A stretch of DNA of 64,000 nucleotides from an uncultured delta proteobacterium (GCA_963850305.1 CAWKKR010000007.1:128001-192000); one strand, 5' to 3'; counted from the first letter of the stretch, positions 30,454 to 39,863 are shown. Numbers and translations are program-made. The notes: generated by a model not told the origin, from the letters alone.

Positions 30454-30481
30454 GTGGCACTCGTTTAGTCGTGCGTGTTAC
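30454..30481 (+). promoter_or_regulatory. NikR-box-like dyad upstream of the TonB-dependent receptor
   Basis: GTGGCAC-N14-GTGTTAC, plus an extra GTAACA at 30442-30447. Confidence 0.35.
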
Positions 30482-30490
30482 TAGCGCGGC

Positions 30491-32758
30491 GTGAATCGCG
30501 TCGCGGGACTTCAGGGGGGCAGCCTGATACTGGTGGCGGTGCTCGGCTTCGCGCGCGCGGTTTGGGCCCAAGATGGCGGAGCGCCGCAATCGTCCGCAAG
30601 TGCCCGGGCCGAGGCGGCTCCAGCGCCGCCGCCCGCCCCGGCACCCGTTGCAAAGGCGCCACCGCCCGTTGCTTTGCCGCCCGTTGGCTTGGCGCCCGTC
30701 GCTTTGCCGTCCGTGGCCGTCGGCGGACCGCTCGCCGCGCAGTTGCCGGAGGTCGTCGTGCATGGGAGGGCCGAAGATCTGCTGGGGGCCGCTACCAGCG
30801 CGTCGCAAGGATCGGTCGGCGAGGCGGACCTGGAAGACCTGCCGCTTCTCCGCCGCGGTGAGTTGCTCGAGAGCGTGCCGGGCATGGTCGTCACTCAGCA
30901 CTCGGGTGACGGAAAGGCCAATCAGTATTTCCTCCGCGGGTTCAATCTCGATCACGGTACCGACTTCGCCTTCTCCGTCGACGGCGTGCCCGTCAACCTG
31001 CCGAGCCACGCTCACGGTCAGGGCTACTCTGACCTGAACTTTCTCATCCCCGAGCTGGTCAGTTCCATCGACTTCAGAAAGGGGCCGTTCTATCCGGACG
31101 TCGGCGACTTTTCGGGCGCCGGCGCAGCGAACATCCGCCTCGTGAACACGCTGCCCGAGGGGATCGCGAACCTGCAGCTCGGGCAATTCGGGTATGCGCG
31201 CATGCTCGTCGCCGACAGCCCAAAGGTGGGTTCAGGGACGCTCCTCTACGCGCTCGAATACAATCACTACGACGGGCCGTGGGACGTTCCCGAGAATTCG
31301 AACCGCTATAACGGCCTGCTGCGGTACCACTGGGATTCCGGTCGCGACGAGTACAGCATCACGGGCAGTGTTTACTGGGCTCCCCAGTGGCATTCGACCG
31401 ATCAGGTCGCGCTGCGTGCGGTCGACGAGAACGTGATCGGCCGCTTCGGCGCCATCGATCCGACCGACGGTGGGCGGACGGGCCGCGACGCTCTGTCGTT
31501 CGACTGGGTTCGACACGGCGACGACACGAGGACGGAGGTACTGGCTTACGGGTTCTACTATCAGCTCAATCTGTGGTCGGACTTCGACTACGCGCTGACC
31601 GATCCCGTCAACCTCGATCAGTTCGAGCAAGTGGACCGCCGCTTCGTTTCTGGCGTGCAAGTGAAGCAGACCTGGGATTCGACGTGGTTCGGAAAGAAGG
31701 TCGAGAACACCGTGGGTCTGCAGGTCAGAAACGACTACATCCCTGACTCCGGCCTCAACAACACGGCCGAGCGGAGCGTGGTGAACGTCGAGATCTACGA
31801 CCACATCGAAGAGGCGAACGCGGGTCTCTTCGGAAACGATCTCATAGAGTGGGCTCCCTGGCTCCGAAGCAATCTGGGGCTTCGTGCGGACGTTTTTGCC
31901 CTGCACGTGGACAGCACCACCAACGCGGCCAATTCCGGAGGCTCGGCGTCGGGCATCATGAGTCCCAAGGCGACGCTCGTGTTCGGACCCTGGGAGAAGA
32001 CGGAGTTCTACGTGGATGCCGGAATGGGCTTCCACAGCAACGACGCGCGCGGTGTGACCATCACCGCCGACTCGGCGGGCGCGCCGCAGGGGCAAGTGCC
32101 ATTGCTCGTTCGCACCAAGGGCGCCGAGGTCGGAGTCCGAACGTCGGTGCTTCCGGGTCTCGTGAGCACGGTCTCGCTCTGGTTGCTGCAATCGAACTCC
32201 GAGCTCACGTTCGACGGCGACTCGGGCGACACGGAAGCGAATGGTCCGTCCCGCCGCTACGGGATCGAGTGGGCGAACTTCTACAAGCCGACGCACTGGC
32301 TCACTCTTTCCGGCGACTTCGCGTTCACTCATGCGCGCTACCTCGAGCCGCAGGAGACCGTCATCGGCTCATCGGGGCTGTATATCGCCAACTCGATTCC
32401 GATCGTCGTCTCGGCATCCGCCGTGGTCGAGACTCCGAGCGGCGTCTTCGCCGGCGCGCGGCTGCGGTATTTCAGCTCGCAGCCGGTCATCGAGGACGAC
32501 AGCGAGCGGCAACCGTCGTCCGCGATCATCAACGCGATGCTGGGTTACCGCTTCGGACGCTTCGAGATCTCGGGCGAAGTGCTCAACGCCCTCGACTCCA
32601 AGGCGGACGACATCGCCTATTACTACCCGTCGCGCCTGCCAAACGCGCTTCTCGCTGCACGCGGACTGCCCCCCGAGCCAGCGGCCGGCGTGAACGACTT
32701 CGCCATCCATCCCACCGAGCCCTTTCAGGTGCGCGGGAGCTTCACCGCTCACTTCTGA
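30491..32758 (+). CDS. TonB-dependent receptor
   Basis: Signal peptide, PEVVV TonB box, plug motif QHSGDGKANQYFLRGFNLDHGTDF, C-terminal Phe. Confidence 0.95.
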   Translation: MNRVAGLQGGSLILVAVLGFARAVWAQDGGAPQSSASARAEAAPAPPPAPAPVAKAPPPVALPPVGLAPVALPSVAVGGPLAAQLPEVVVHGRAEDLLGAATSASQGSVGEADLEDLPLLRRGELLESVPGMVVTQHSGDGKANQYFLRGFNLDHGTDFAFSVDGVPVNLPSHAHGQGYSDLNFLIPELVSSIDFRKGPFYPDVGDFSGAGAANIRLVNTLPEGIANLQLGQFGYARMLVADSPKVGSGTLLYALEYNHYDGPWDVPENSNRYNGLLRYHWDSGRDEYSITGSVYWAPQWHSTDQVALRAVDENVIGRFGAIDPTDGGRTGRDALSFDWVRHGDDTRTEVLAYGFYYQLNLWSDFDYALTDPVNLDQFEQVDRRFVSGVQVKQTWDSTWFGKKVENTVGLQVRNDYIPDSGLNNTAERSVVNVEIYDHIEEANAGLFGNDLIEWAPWLRSNLGLRADVFALHVDSTTNAANSGGSASGIMSPKATLVFGPWEKTEFYVDAGMGFHSNDARGVTITADSAGAPQGQVPLLVRTKGAEVGVRTSVLPGLVSTVSLWLLQSNSELTFDGDSGDTEANGPSRRYGIEWANFYKPTHWLTLSGDFAFTHARYLEPQETVIGSSGLYIANSIPIVVSASAVVETPSGVFAGARLRYFSSQPVIEDDSERQPSSAIINAMLGYRFGRFEISGEVLNALDSKADDIAYYYPSRLPNALLAARGLPPEPAAGVNDFAIHPTEPFQVRGSFTAHF

Positions 32759-32766
32759 GATTGTCG

Positions 32767-33492
32767 ATGAGACTCGCCCACTGCCTCCTGTTCGCGGCTG
32801 CGCTTCACGGCGCCGTATACGAAGTCGGCGTCGCCTGGCTGCAACGTGGATCCCCGCGGCCTGCGCCGGCTGCTCTTCAGCCCGAGGTTGAAATCGAACT
32901 GCTTGCGGCCCGGCCGGATCCCATCGCGGAGGCAGCGCCGGTCGCCGACAAGCCCGCGGTGTCGCGCGCGCGCTCGCCGACCGTGAGGGCCGTCGTGCAC
33001 CGGGAACAGACACCGCGCGAGCTCATCGCAGTCCTGAGAGCCGCGGTCGACGACGAGCCCCCGGTCGCCGATGTTCCAGTCCCGCCGCGCGCGGTGCTAC
33101 CAGAGCCGGTGACGCCAGCGACGGCGTTGGAACCGGGGCCCTCTTCGCCTGCGGTTCCGCCCGTCGCTCGAGCGGGTCGCTCGGGAGCGCTCACGCCCTC
33201 GCGCGGGACGAAGCTCGTTTCCGCCGCACCGTACTACCGGACGAACCCGCCTCCGGAGTATCCAATCCCATCGCGCCGCCGCGGTGAAGAAGGCGTCGTG
33301 TTCCTCACCGTCGTCGTCCAAACCAGCGGCCTACCCGCGTCGGTTTCGCTGCACCGCAGCAGCGGCTTTCCGCTGCTCGACCGCGCCGCGCTCGACGCCG
33401 TGCGCGGCTGGTCGTTCGAGCCCGCCCGCGTCGGCGGAGTGCCCGTTTCGAGCACGGTAGTCATACCCGTCCGCTTCTCGCTATCCGAGTGA
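32767..33492 (+). CDS. tonB: Energy transducer TonB
   Basis: N-terminal TM, Pro-rich spacer, PPPEYP..SRRRGEEG, SSGFPLLDRAALDAVRGWSFEPA. Confidence 0.9.
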   Translation: MRLAHCLLFAAALHGAVYEVGVAWLQRGSPRPAPAALQPEVEIELLAARPDPIAEAAPVADKPAVSRARSPTVRAVVHREQTPRELIAVLRAAVDDEPPVADVPVPPRAVLPEPVTPATALEPGPSSPAVPPVARAGRSGALTPSRGTKLVSAAPYYRTNPPPEYPIPSRRRGEEGVVFLTVVVQTSGLPASVSLHRSSGFPLLDRAALDAVRGWSFEPARVGGVPVSSTVVIPVRFSLSE

Positions 33493-33600
33493 CCACCTCT
33501 GCAGTTGCTCGAGGTTGTGCGTGTCTTCGAGATGACCGTGAAGACCGGCTGAACGCGGGTCGTCACTCTGGGAGCATCATGCTCCTGCTACCCAAGCCCC

Positions 33601-33721
33601 CCTGGGTTCGATTGCGAAGACCGTGGGGTCAGCTCGGTGGGTGAGGCGCGGAAGCGTGCGAACGCACGCTGAGCACCGAGAGCACCGAGATGGCCCCACG
33701 CTCGAAGCAAGCGGACCCAGG
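33601..33721 (+). ncRNA. Rod-like structured intergenic element (candidate ncRNA or REP/MITE-like repeat)
   Basis: Five helices: CCTGGGTTCG/CGGACCCAGG, TTGC/GCAA, CGTGGGGTCA/TGGCCCCACG, CTCGGTG/CACCGAG, AGCGTGCG/CGCACGCT. Confidence 0.5.
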
Positions 33722-33748
33722 TGTTATCAGGTCAGCTAAACGTATCGG

Positions 33749-34927
33749 TCAGTTAAACGCTTCGATCAAGCCAGCGGCGCCTTGGCCGCCGCCCACACAC
33801 ATCGTGACGAGACCGTACTTCTTCTTGTCGCGACGGAGCGCGCGGAGGATGTGCCCGACCATGCGCGAGCCGGTCATGCCGTAGGGATGGCCGATGCTGA
33901 TCGAGCCGCCGTCGGGGTTGTACGTGGCGTGATCGAAGCCGAGCTGATCGCGACAGTAGAGGCACTGCGACGCGAAGGCTTCGTTGAGCTCGACGATGTC
34001 GAGGTCTTTGACGGCGAGGCCGTGGCGCTTGAGGAGCTTCGGTACGGCGAAGACGGGTCCGATACCCATCTCGTCGGGCTCGCAGCCGGCGACGGCAAAG
34101 CCGCGGAATGCACCGAGCGGCGCGAGGCCGAGCGCTTTCGCTTTCTCCGCGGTCATCATGAGCGTCATGGACGCACCGTCGGAGAACTGGGACGCATTGC
34201 CGGCAGTCACGCTGCCACCGAACGCGGGCGGCAGCCGCGCAAGACCTTCGATGGTCGTGTCGGGGCGGTTGCACTCGTCCTTGGAGACCGTCACCTCGAC
34301 TTCGCTCGTGGTGCCGGTCGCTTTGTCGACCTTCTCCATCTTGACGGTCATGGGGACGATCTCGTCCTTGAAGTAGCCGGCCTCCTGGGCCTTGGCCGTG
34401 CGCTTCTGGCTCTCGAGCGCGTACTGGTCCTGGTATTCGCGCGAGACCTTGTACTTCTCCGCGACCTTCTCCGCGGTCATCCCCATGGGGTGATAGATGC
34501 CCGGCTTGTGCTCTCCGACCCACGGGTTCGGGAGGTTCTTCATGTTCATGTCGTTCTGGAGCATCGTGATCGACTCGGTCCCGCCGGCCACGATGATGTC
34601 GGCCTGGCCCGCGGCGATCTGAGCGGCGCCCATCGCGATGGACGCGAGGCCCGATGCGCAGAAGCGACTGACGGTGACGCCCGGAACGGAGATCGGCAGC
34701 TCCGCGCGCACGGCGACGACGCGGCCGATGTTCATGCCCTGCGGTCCCTCGGGGATGCCGGTGCCCACGATGACGTCGTCGATCGTCGCGCCGTCGAGCT
34801 TGTTCCGCAGCACGAGCGCCTTGACGCAATGAGCGGCCATGTCGTCGGGGCGGGTGAGGTTGAAACTGCCGCGGAACGACTTGGCAAGGCCGGTACGGAC
34901 GCTATCGATGATGACGACTTCGCGCAT
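33749..34927 (-). CDS. Acetyl-CoA C-acyltransferase (thiolase)
   Basis: RFCASG, NEAFA, GHPYGMTG, MCVGGGQG. Confidence 0.96.
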   Translation of the reverse strand: MREVVIIDSVRTGLAKSFRGSFNLTRPDDMAAHCVKALVLRNKLDGATIDDVIVGTGIPEGPQGMNIGRVVAVRAELPISVPGVTVSRFCASGLASIAMGAAQIAAGQADIIVAGGTESITMLQNDMNMKNLPNPWVGEHKPGIYHPMGMTAEKVAEKYKVSREYQDQYALESQKRTAKAQEAGYFKDEIVPMTVKMEKVDKATGTTSEVEVTVSKDECNRPDTTIEGLARLPPAFGGSVTAGNASQFSDGASMTLMMTAEKAKALGLAPLGAFRGFAVAGCEPDEMGIGPVFAVPKLLKRHGLAVKDLDIVELNEAFASQCLYCRDQLGFDHATYNPDGGSISIGHPYGMTGSRMVGHILRALRRDKKKYGLVTMCVGGGQGAAGLIEAFN

Positions 34928-35100
34928 GATGGTCTCCTTGAGGGCGGCTTGGGGCTGGTCCCCGTACCAATTTCGCCCAGAGGGCTAGTTTTTGGCGTGT
35001 ACCGCGGTGTCAGTGACGCCGCAACCAAAAGATGACGCCAGGGTCACGTTTGGCGCGTCGCGGTGTCGAGAGTCCCGCCCCGGACGCTCGGATTCGCGCG

Positions 35101-35139
35101 AAAACGTGACCGCCCGGAGGCCTTACGGCGTCCGGGCGG
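35101..35139 (-). terminator. Terminator-like hairpin downstream of the small ORF
   Basis: CCGCCCGGA-c-GCC-GTAA-GGC-c-TCCGGGCGG followed by TCACGTTTT. Confidence 0.55.
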
Positions 35140-35169
35140 CGTGCAGCTTCACCGGTCCGAATCCCGCGC

Positions 35170-35232
35170 TTAAGCGAGAATTAGCGGAGCAGGGAACCGC
35201 AGTCGGCTCAGGATCTTCAGAAGTCGTCGCAT
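35170..35232 (-). CDS. 20-aa small ORF / leader peptide MRRLLKILSRLRFPAPLILA
   Basis: GGAGG 6 nt before the ATG, TAA stop, hairpin 30 nt downstream. Confidence 0.5.
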   Translation of the reverse strand: MRRLLKILSRLRFPAPLILA

Positions 35233-35338
35233 GACGGTCCTCCGTTCACGCTCGGCCTGAAGGGAGGCACGAGGTGCGAAAGCCTCCTACACCCGCTTCA
35301 TCAGCCTGGCAAGAAAATTTCGGGATAAATAGCCTGGC

Positions 35339-36418
35339 ATGAGCCCCGCTTCGAGCGGCACCGGAGGCCTGTCTGGCGAGCCGCCGCGCATTCTCGTCGT
35401 GGGGGCCGGCGCCATCGGCAGCGTGGTCGCGGCGAATCTTCTCGCCACCGGACACGCGGTCACGGTGCTGACGACCAACCCGAGGATCCACGCGGCGATC
35501 GAGCGGCACGGGTTTCGGCTGACCGGCGAGACCCGCGTGTCGCACGTCGCAGCCCCCGACGTTCGCTCCACGCTGGCCGCCGGGACTGTGTACGACTTCG
35601 TGTTGCTCGCGACGCAACCGCCGCAGGTCGACGAAGCTGCGACTGGCGCCGCGCCGCATCTCGACCCCGAGGGCCGCATGGTGTGTTTTCAAAATGGCCT
35701 TTGCGAGGAGCGCGTCGCGCGCATCGTCGGACGTGAACGGGTTCTCGGTGCCGTCGTGGCGTGGGGCGCGTCGATGCTCGAGCCCGGCGTCTACGAGAAG
35801 ACCTCGCGCGGCGGGTTTTCCATCGGCCGTCTCGACGGCGTTCCCGACGCCCGCGCGATCGAGCTCGCGCGACTGCTCGAAACCATCGGTCCCGTCAAGA
35901 CGACCGACAATCTGCTCGGCGCTCGCTGGTCGAAGCTCGCCATCAACTGTGCGGTGTCGACGCTCGGCACGATCGGGGGCGATCGCATCGGGCCGTTGAT
36001 GCGGCGCCGGTTCGTGCGACGGCTGGCGCTCGAGATCATGACCGAGACGACGCTCGTTGCGCGGGCGAAGGGCGTGCGCCTCGAGAAAGTCGCGAACACC
36101 GTGGACCTCGACTGGCTCGCGTTGACCGCGAGCGATCGGGCGTCGCGCGCGTCGCGGCACCTCGCCGCCAAGCACGCGGTGCTCGTCATGGCCGGCCTCC
36201 GGTACCGCAGGCTGCGCTCCTCGATGCTCGCCGCGATCGAGCGCGGAAGACCACCCGCGGTCGACTTCCTGAACGGCGAAGTCGTCGCGCACGGCACCGA
36301 GACCGGCATTCCGACGCCCGTGAACCAAGCGGCCACCGCGCTCGTGTGGCAGATCGCGCGCGGCGAGCGCAAATCGTCGATCGAGACGCTCGAAGGCCTT
36401 CACCTCGGTACGAGATAG
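35339..36418 (+). CDS. panE: Ketopantoate reductase family protein (PanE/ApbA)
   Basis: GAGAIG, FQNGL, WSKLAINC, SSMLAAIERGR, DFLNGEVV. Confidence 0.88.
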   Translation: MSPASSGTGGLSGEPPRILVVGAGAIGSVVAANLLATGHAVTVLTTNPRIHAAIERHGFRLTGETRVSHVAAPDVRSTLAAGTVYDFVLLATQPPQVDEAATGAAPHLDPEGRMVCFQNGLCEERVARIVGRERVLGAVVAWGASMLEPGVYEKTSRGGFSIGRLDGVPDARAIELARLLETIGPVKTTDNLLGARWSKLAINCAVSTLGTIGGDRIGPLMRRRFVRRLALEIMTETTLVARAKGVRLEKVANTVDLDWLALTASDRASRASRHLAAKHAVLVMAGLRYRRLRSSMLAAIERGRPPAVDFLNGEVVAHGTETGIPTPVNQAATALVWQIARGERKSSIETLEGLHLGTR

Positions 36419-36527
36419 GGTTGGTCGGTTCGACCATGGGACGAGGGGTGCGGGACGCAAACCGGGCCTTTTTCACGACACCGAGGCCGGGCTGCGCTAT
36501 ACGGGCCGCGCCGAAAGGGAGCGCCTC

Positions 36528-37676
36528 ATGCTACGTGTACTGGTCGCCAAGGAGCGGGTCGAGGGAGAGACGCGCGTCAGCGCGACGCCCGACTCCGTCA
36601 AGCAAATGATCAAGGCCGGGCTCGGCGTCGCGGTCGAGCAGGGGGCCGGGGAACGCGCGTTCTTTTCCGACGCGCAATACGAGGGTGCGGGCGCCGAGAT
36701 CATGCCGGACGCGGCCGCGGCGTGGGCTTCGGCGGACGTCGTGTTGAAGGTACGCGCTCCGGAAAAGCATCCGAGCTTCGATGAAATAGAGGCACCGAAG
36801 GACGGCGCCGTCGTCATCGGCTTCCTCGCGCCGTACAAGAACGACGACATGATCCGGCGCTTCGCCGCGAAGCGGATCTCGTCGCTGCCGATGGAACTCG
36901 TGCCGCGCATAACGCGCGCGCAGAAGATGGACGCGCTTTCGTCTCAGGCGAACATCGCCGGATACAAGGCGGTGCTCATCGCGGCGGTGAATCTGCCGAA
37001 GTACTTTCCGCTCTTCATGACGGCCGCGGGGACGGTCAAGCCGGCGCGCGTCGTCATCATGGGCGCGGGCGTCGCGGGCCTCCAGGCGATCGCGACCGCC
37101 AAGCGGCTCGGCGCGGTCGTCGAGGCGAGCGACATCCGTCCCGAGACGAAGGAACAGATCCTCTCCCTCGGCGGAAAGTTCATCGAGCTGCCCAAGTCGG
37201 AAGAGAGTGGCAGCGGGGCGGGGGGGTATGCGCGCGAGGTCAGTGCAGACTTCCTCAAACAACAGCAAGAGATCGTCGGGAGGCACGTCGCGCAGGCGGA
37301 CGTGGTCATCACGACCGCGCTCGTCCCGGGGCGACCGGCGCCGAAGCTGCTCCCCGCGTGGATGGTCGAGAAGATGAAGGCGGGGGCCGTCATCGTGGAT
37401 CTCGCGGTCGAGCAAGGTGGCAACTGTGAGCTCTCCGAGCGCGACAGGGAAGTGCGCAAGCACGGTGTCCTCATCGTCGGCCACCCGAACCTGCCGGCGA
37501 CCATGCCGGCCGACGCGAGCCTGCTCTACGCGCGCAACGTGTTCGCTCTGCTCCAGAACGTGATCACGAAAGAAGGCGCGCTCAACTTCGACCTCACGGA
37601 CGAAGTGACGAGCGGCACGCTGTTGACCCACGAAGGCAATATCGTCCACGCGGCGACCAAGGCTCGCTTGCTTTGA
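36528..37676 (+). CDS. pntA: NAD(P) transhydrogenase alpha subunit, soluble domain I
   Basis: GETRVSATP, PRITRAQKMDALSSQANIAGYKAV, GAGVAGLQA, GGYA, DLAVEQGGNCE. Confidence 0.95.
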   Translation: MLRVLVAKERVEGETRVSATPDSVKQMIKAGLGVAVEQGAGERAFFSDAQYEGAGAEIMPDAAAAWASADVVLKVRAPEKHPSFDEIEAPKDGAVVIGFLAPYKNDDMIRRFAAKRISSLPMELVPRITRAQKMDALSSQANIAGYKAVLIAAVNLPKYFPLFMTAAGTVKPARVVIMGAGVAGLQAIATAKRLGAVVEASDIRPETKEQILSLGGKFIELPKSEESGSGAGGYAREVSADFLKQQQEIVGRHVAQADVVITTALVPGRPAPKLLPAWMVEKMKAGAVIVDLAVEQGGNCELSERDREVRKHGVLIVGHPNLPATMPADASLLYARNVFALLQNVITKEGALNFDLTDEVTSGTLLTHEGNIVHAATKARLL

Positions 37677-37849
37677 GCGCGGGGCCATCTCGGCGCTCGG
37701 CTTTTTTCGGGTTCGTTTCGCAAGGCGTCGGGCGACAGTTCCGACGAGAGGGGCAGCGGGCGCCTAGCTCCGCCAGGAAATCACGTGGGTCCCCGAGCCG
37801 TTTGTTCGGACTGGCGTCATCTCGACGTCTGGCGGTCGGCGGCGAAATG

Positions 37850-37870
37850 TGTCATACGTTTTGGATGACA
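37850..37870 (+). promoter_or_regulatory. Palindromic operator of the vapBC operon
   Basis: TGTCAT-N9-ATGACA overlapping the antitoxin ATG. Confidence 0.55.
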
Positions 37871-38131
37871 AGCCCTGGCCGTTTGAATGCCCGCCTCGGT
37901 CTGGAGCTGCAGCGGAAGGTCGCGTATCTTCGCCGGCGTACGGGGCTTGCAACCAGTGACGTGGTGCGTGCTTCGATCGAGCATTATTACGAGGCCGTGC
38001 GCGCAGGCGGCGTGAAGACGCGCGATCTGCTCGAGGCGTCAGGGTTCATCGGAAGCGGATCAGGGTCGGCCGATCTCTCCGAAACGTACAAGGAACGGCT
38101 CGTCGCGGGCGTCGGTCGCAAGCACTCATGA
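37865..38131 (+). CDS. vapB: Ribbon-helix-helix antitoxin
   Basis: RLNARL...SDVVRASIEHYY, GFIGSGSG..DLSETYK; ATGA overlap with the PIN gene. Confidence 0.8.
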   Translation: MTSPGRLNARLGLELQRKVAYLRRRTGLATSDVVRASIEHYYEAVRAGGVKTRDLLEASGFIGSGSGSADLSETYKERLVAGVGRKHS

Positions 38132-38544
38132 TTCTTGCGGATACCGGCTTCTGGCTCGCGCTCGCGAACGCCGGGGACCGGCATCACGCCGAAGCGAAGC
38201 GTGCGCTGTCCGTGATCGACGAACCGTTGATCACGACGTGGCCCGTCATGACGGAGACGTGCCATCTCCTCGCCGCTCGACTGGGCGAGCGCTCGGTGCG
38301 CGCGTTCATCGATAGCGGGACCAACGGTGCCTTCGAGATTTTCGATCTTGCTCGTGAACACTTGCCGCGGATCGGCGAGCTCATGCTCAAGTATGCGAAG
38401 CTGCCGATGGACCTGGCGGATGCGTCGCTCGTCGTTCTCGCCGAGCATGTCGACACAGGGCGCATTCTGTCGACGGACCGCCGTGACTTCGGTGCCTATC
38501 GTTTCAAGAACCGCAAGCCCTTCGTCAACCTGCTCTCGGTCTGA
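38128..38544 (+). CDS. vapC: PIN-domain toxin
   Basis: ILADTG, D.HH, VMTETCHLL, MDLADASLV, STDRRDF. Confidence 0.92.
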   Translation: MILADTGFWLALANAGDRHHAEAKRALSVIDEPLITTWPVMTETCHLLAARLGERSVRAFIDSGTNGAFEIFDLAREHLPRIGELMLKYAKLPMDLADASLVVLAEHVDTGRILSTDRRDFGAYRFKNRKPFVNLLSV

Positions 38545-38555
38545 CGCTTTGGCCT

Positions 38556-39863
38556 TCAGAAGATCTCCCCCACTCCCAGGTAGGCTCCGATGGGCTTGGC
38601 GTCGGGCGAGTACGCGGCGTCGAGACGGACGACGAAGGTCGAGCCCTGCTGGAAGCGGAGGCCGGCTCCTGCGCCCCACTTGAGTCCGAGAGCCGTGCCG
38701 TCGAGCTCCGGGTGCGGCGCGAAAGAGGTCCAGAGCCGCCCCGCGTCCAGGAACGTCGCGAAGCCGAAGTGGACGCGCTGGTTGAACAGGCGAAACGTCG
38801 TGAGGCGGAAGCGGCCCTCGATGTTGCCGAAGAGTTTCACCTTGCCGTAATAGCGTTGCCCGGGAACGCCGCGGACACCGTTCACGCCGCCGAGCGCGAA
38901 GGTGTCTTCGAACCGCGCGAGCTCGTAAAAGGGCGGGTGATCGAACTGAAAGTCGCCGACCACTCGCGTCGCGAGCGTGAACCGGTCGCCGAATGGGCTC
39001 GCATAAAAGCGCGTCGTCAGGTTCAGCTGTTCGTAGCGATACGGAAAGAGTCCACCCCCACCGGGGCTCAAGCGAAGCTCGACTTGATGATACTGACCCG
39101 ATGCCGGCGAGTACTCGTCGTCGCGGGTGTCGTATTGGAGCGCGGTCTCCACGAAGTCGACCGCGTGCGTCGCCGGATGGCCGAGGATGGAGCGCACTTC
39201 CGGATCCGTCGAGTTCAGGTCCTGCGACAGCTTGCTGTTCGAATAGATGTCGAGAAGATCGTACGTGAAGTAGTTGCCCAGCAGGAAAAACAGATTCGAT
39301 CCGAGAGTGAAGCGGAGGAGGGACTCGAGGGTCGGATGAGTGCGCCCGTATTGATAGAAATCGCCGTGATCGAGCGCGTCGGATCGCACGGATGCGTTAC
39401 CGATCCCGTAGTAGCCTTGCGTGGTTTCCTTCGTGAAAGAGGGTCTGAGGTCGAGGCGCACGCCCTTCGCCAGCTCGAGCACGGTGAGGGTCAAGTAGAA
39501 GTCCTGATACGGAAAGTGCGAGTGGCCGCTTCCGGGCTTGTACGTGATGAGTGCGCCTGCCTCGAGCCTCCACCGGTAGTTCACGTGGGCCTTGTCGTAG
39601 TGCGCGATCGCCGCGAGGCCGCCCACGCCGATGCCGATGTCGCTGTCGCCGCCGACGATCGGAAACGCCCCGATCTCGTTGCCGGCTGCGTTCCGGTCCT
39701 TCTCGTCGGCCACGGCGCGAAGGGTCATCGTGGAGACGCACGCCACGACGCCGAGGGACAGAGTGGCGCGTCGCCAAGCTCCCGGCGGCGCCCTGCGGGA
39801 GAATCTTCCAGCGTCGGTAAGGGCGCACCCCGTCAGCACCCACGAAGCATGGGGACCGGACAA
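38556..39863 (-). CDS. Omp85/BamA-TamA family outer membrane protein (no POTRA domain evident)
   Basis: YDTRD, LGG..GVRG....RYYG, FLDAGR, VRLDAAY, terminal Phe. Start uncertain. Confidence 0.85.
   Translation of the reverse strand: MSGPHASWVLTGCALTDAGRFSRRAPPGAWRRATLSLGVVACVSTMTLRAVADEKDRNAAGNEIGAFPIVGGDSDIGIGVGGLAAIAHYDKAHVNYRWRLEAGALITYKPGSGHSHFPYQDFYLTLTVLELAKGVRLDLRPSFTKETTQGYYGIGNASVRSDALDHGDFYQYGRTHPTLESLLRFTLGSNLFFLLGNYFTYDLLDIYSNSKLSQDLNSTDPEVRSILGHPATHAVDFVETALQYDTRDDEYSPASGQYHQVELRLSPGGGGLFPYRYEQLNLTTRFYASPFGDRFTLATRVVGDFQFDHPPFYELARFEDTFALGGVNGVRGVPGQRYYGKVKLFGNIEGRFRLTTFRLFNQRVHFGFATFLDAGRLWTSFAPHPELDGTALGLKWGAGAGLRFQQGSTFVVRLDAAYSPDAKPIGAYLGVGEIF

Noticed and set aside
29340..30494. 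ORFs called across the repeat array (RDDASVG, RAKASVG, LRTADGR frames)
   Set aside because: Open frames follow from stop-free repeats; they are broken by 1-nt insertions and lack convincing starts.
33595..33625. tRNA suggested by GGGTTCGATT
   Set aside because: No cloverleaf or CCA; the segment pairs within the long hairpin instead.
33601..33721. SRP RNA or 6S RNA
   Set aside because: No SRP domain IV motif; shorter than 6S and lacks its large central bubble.
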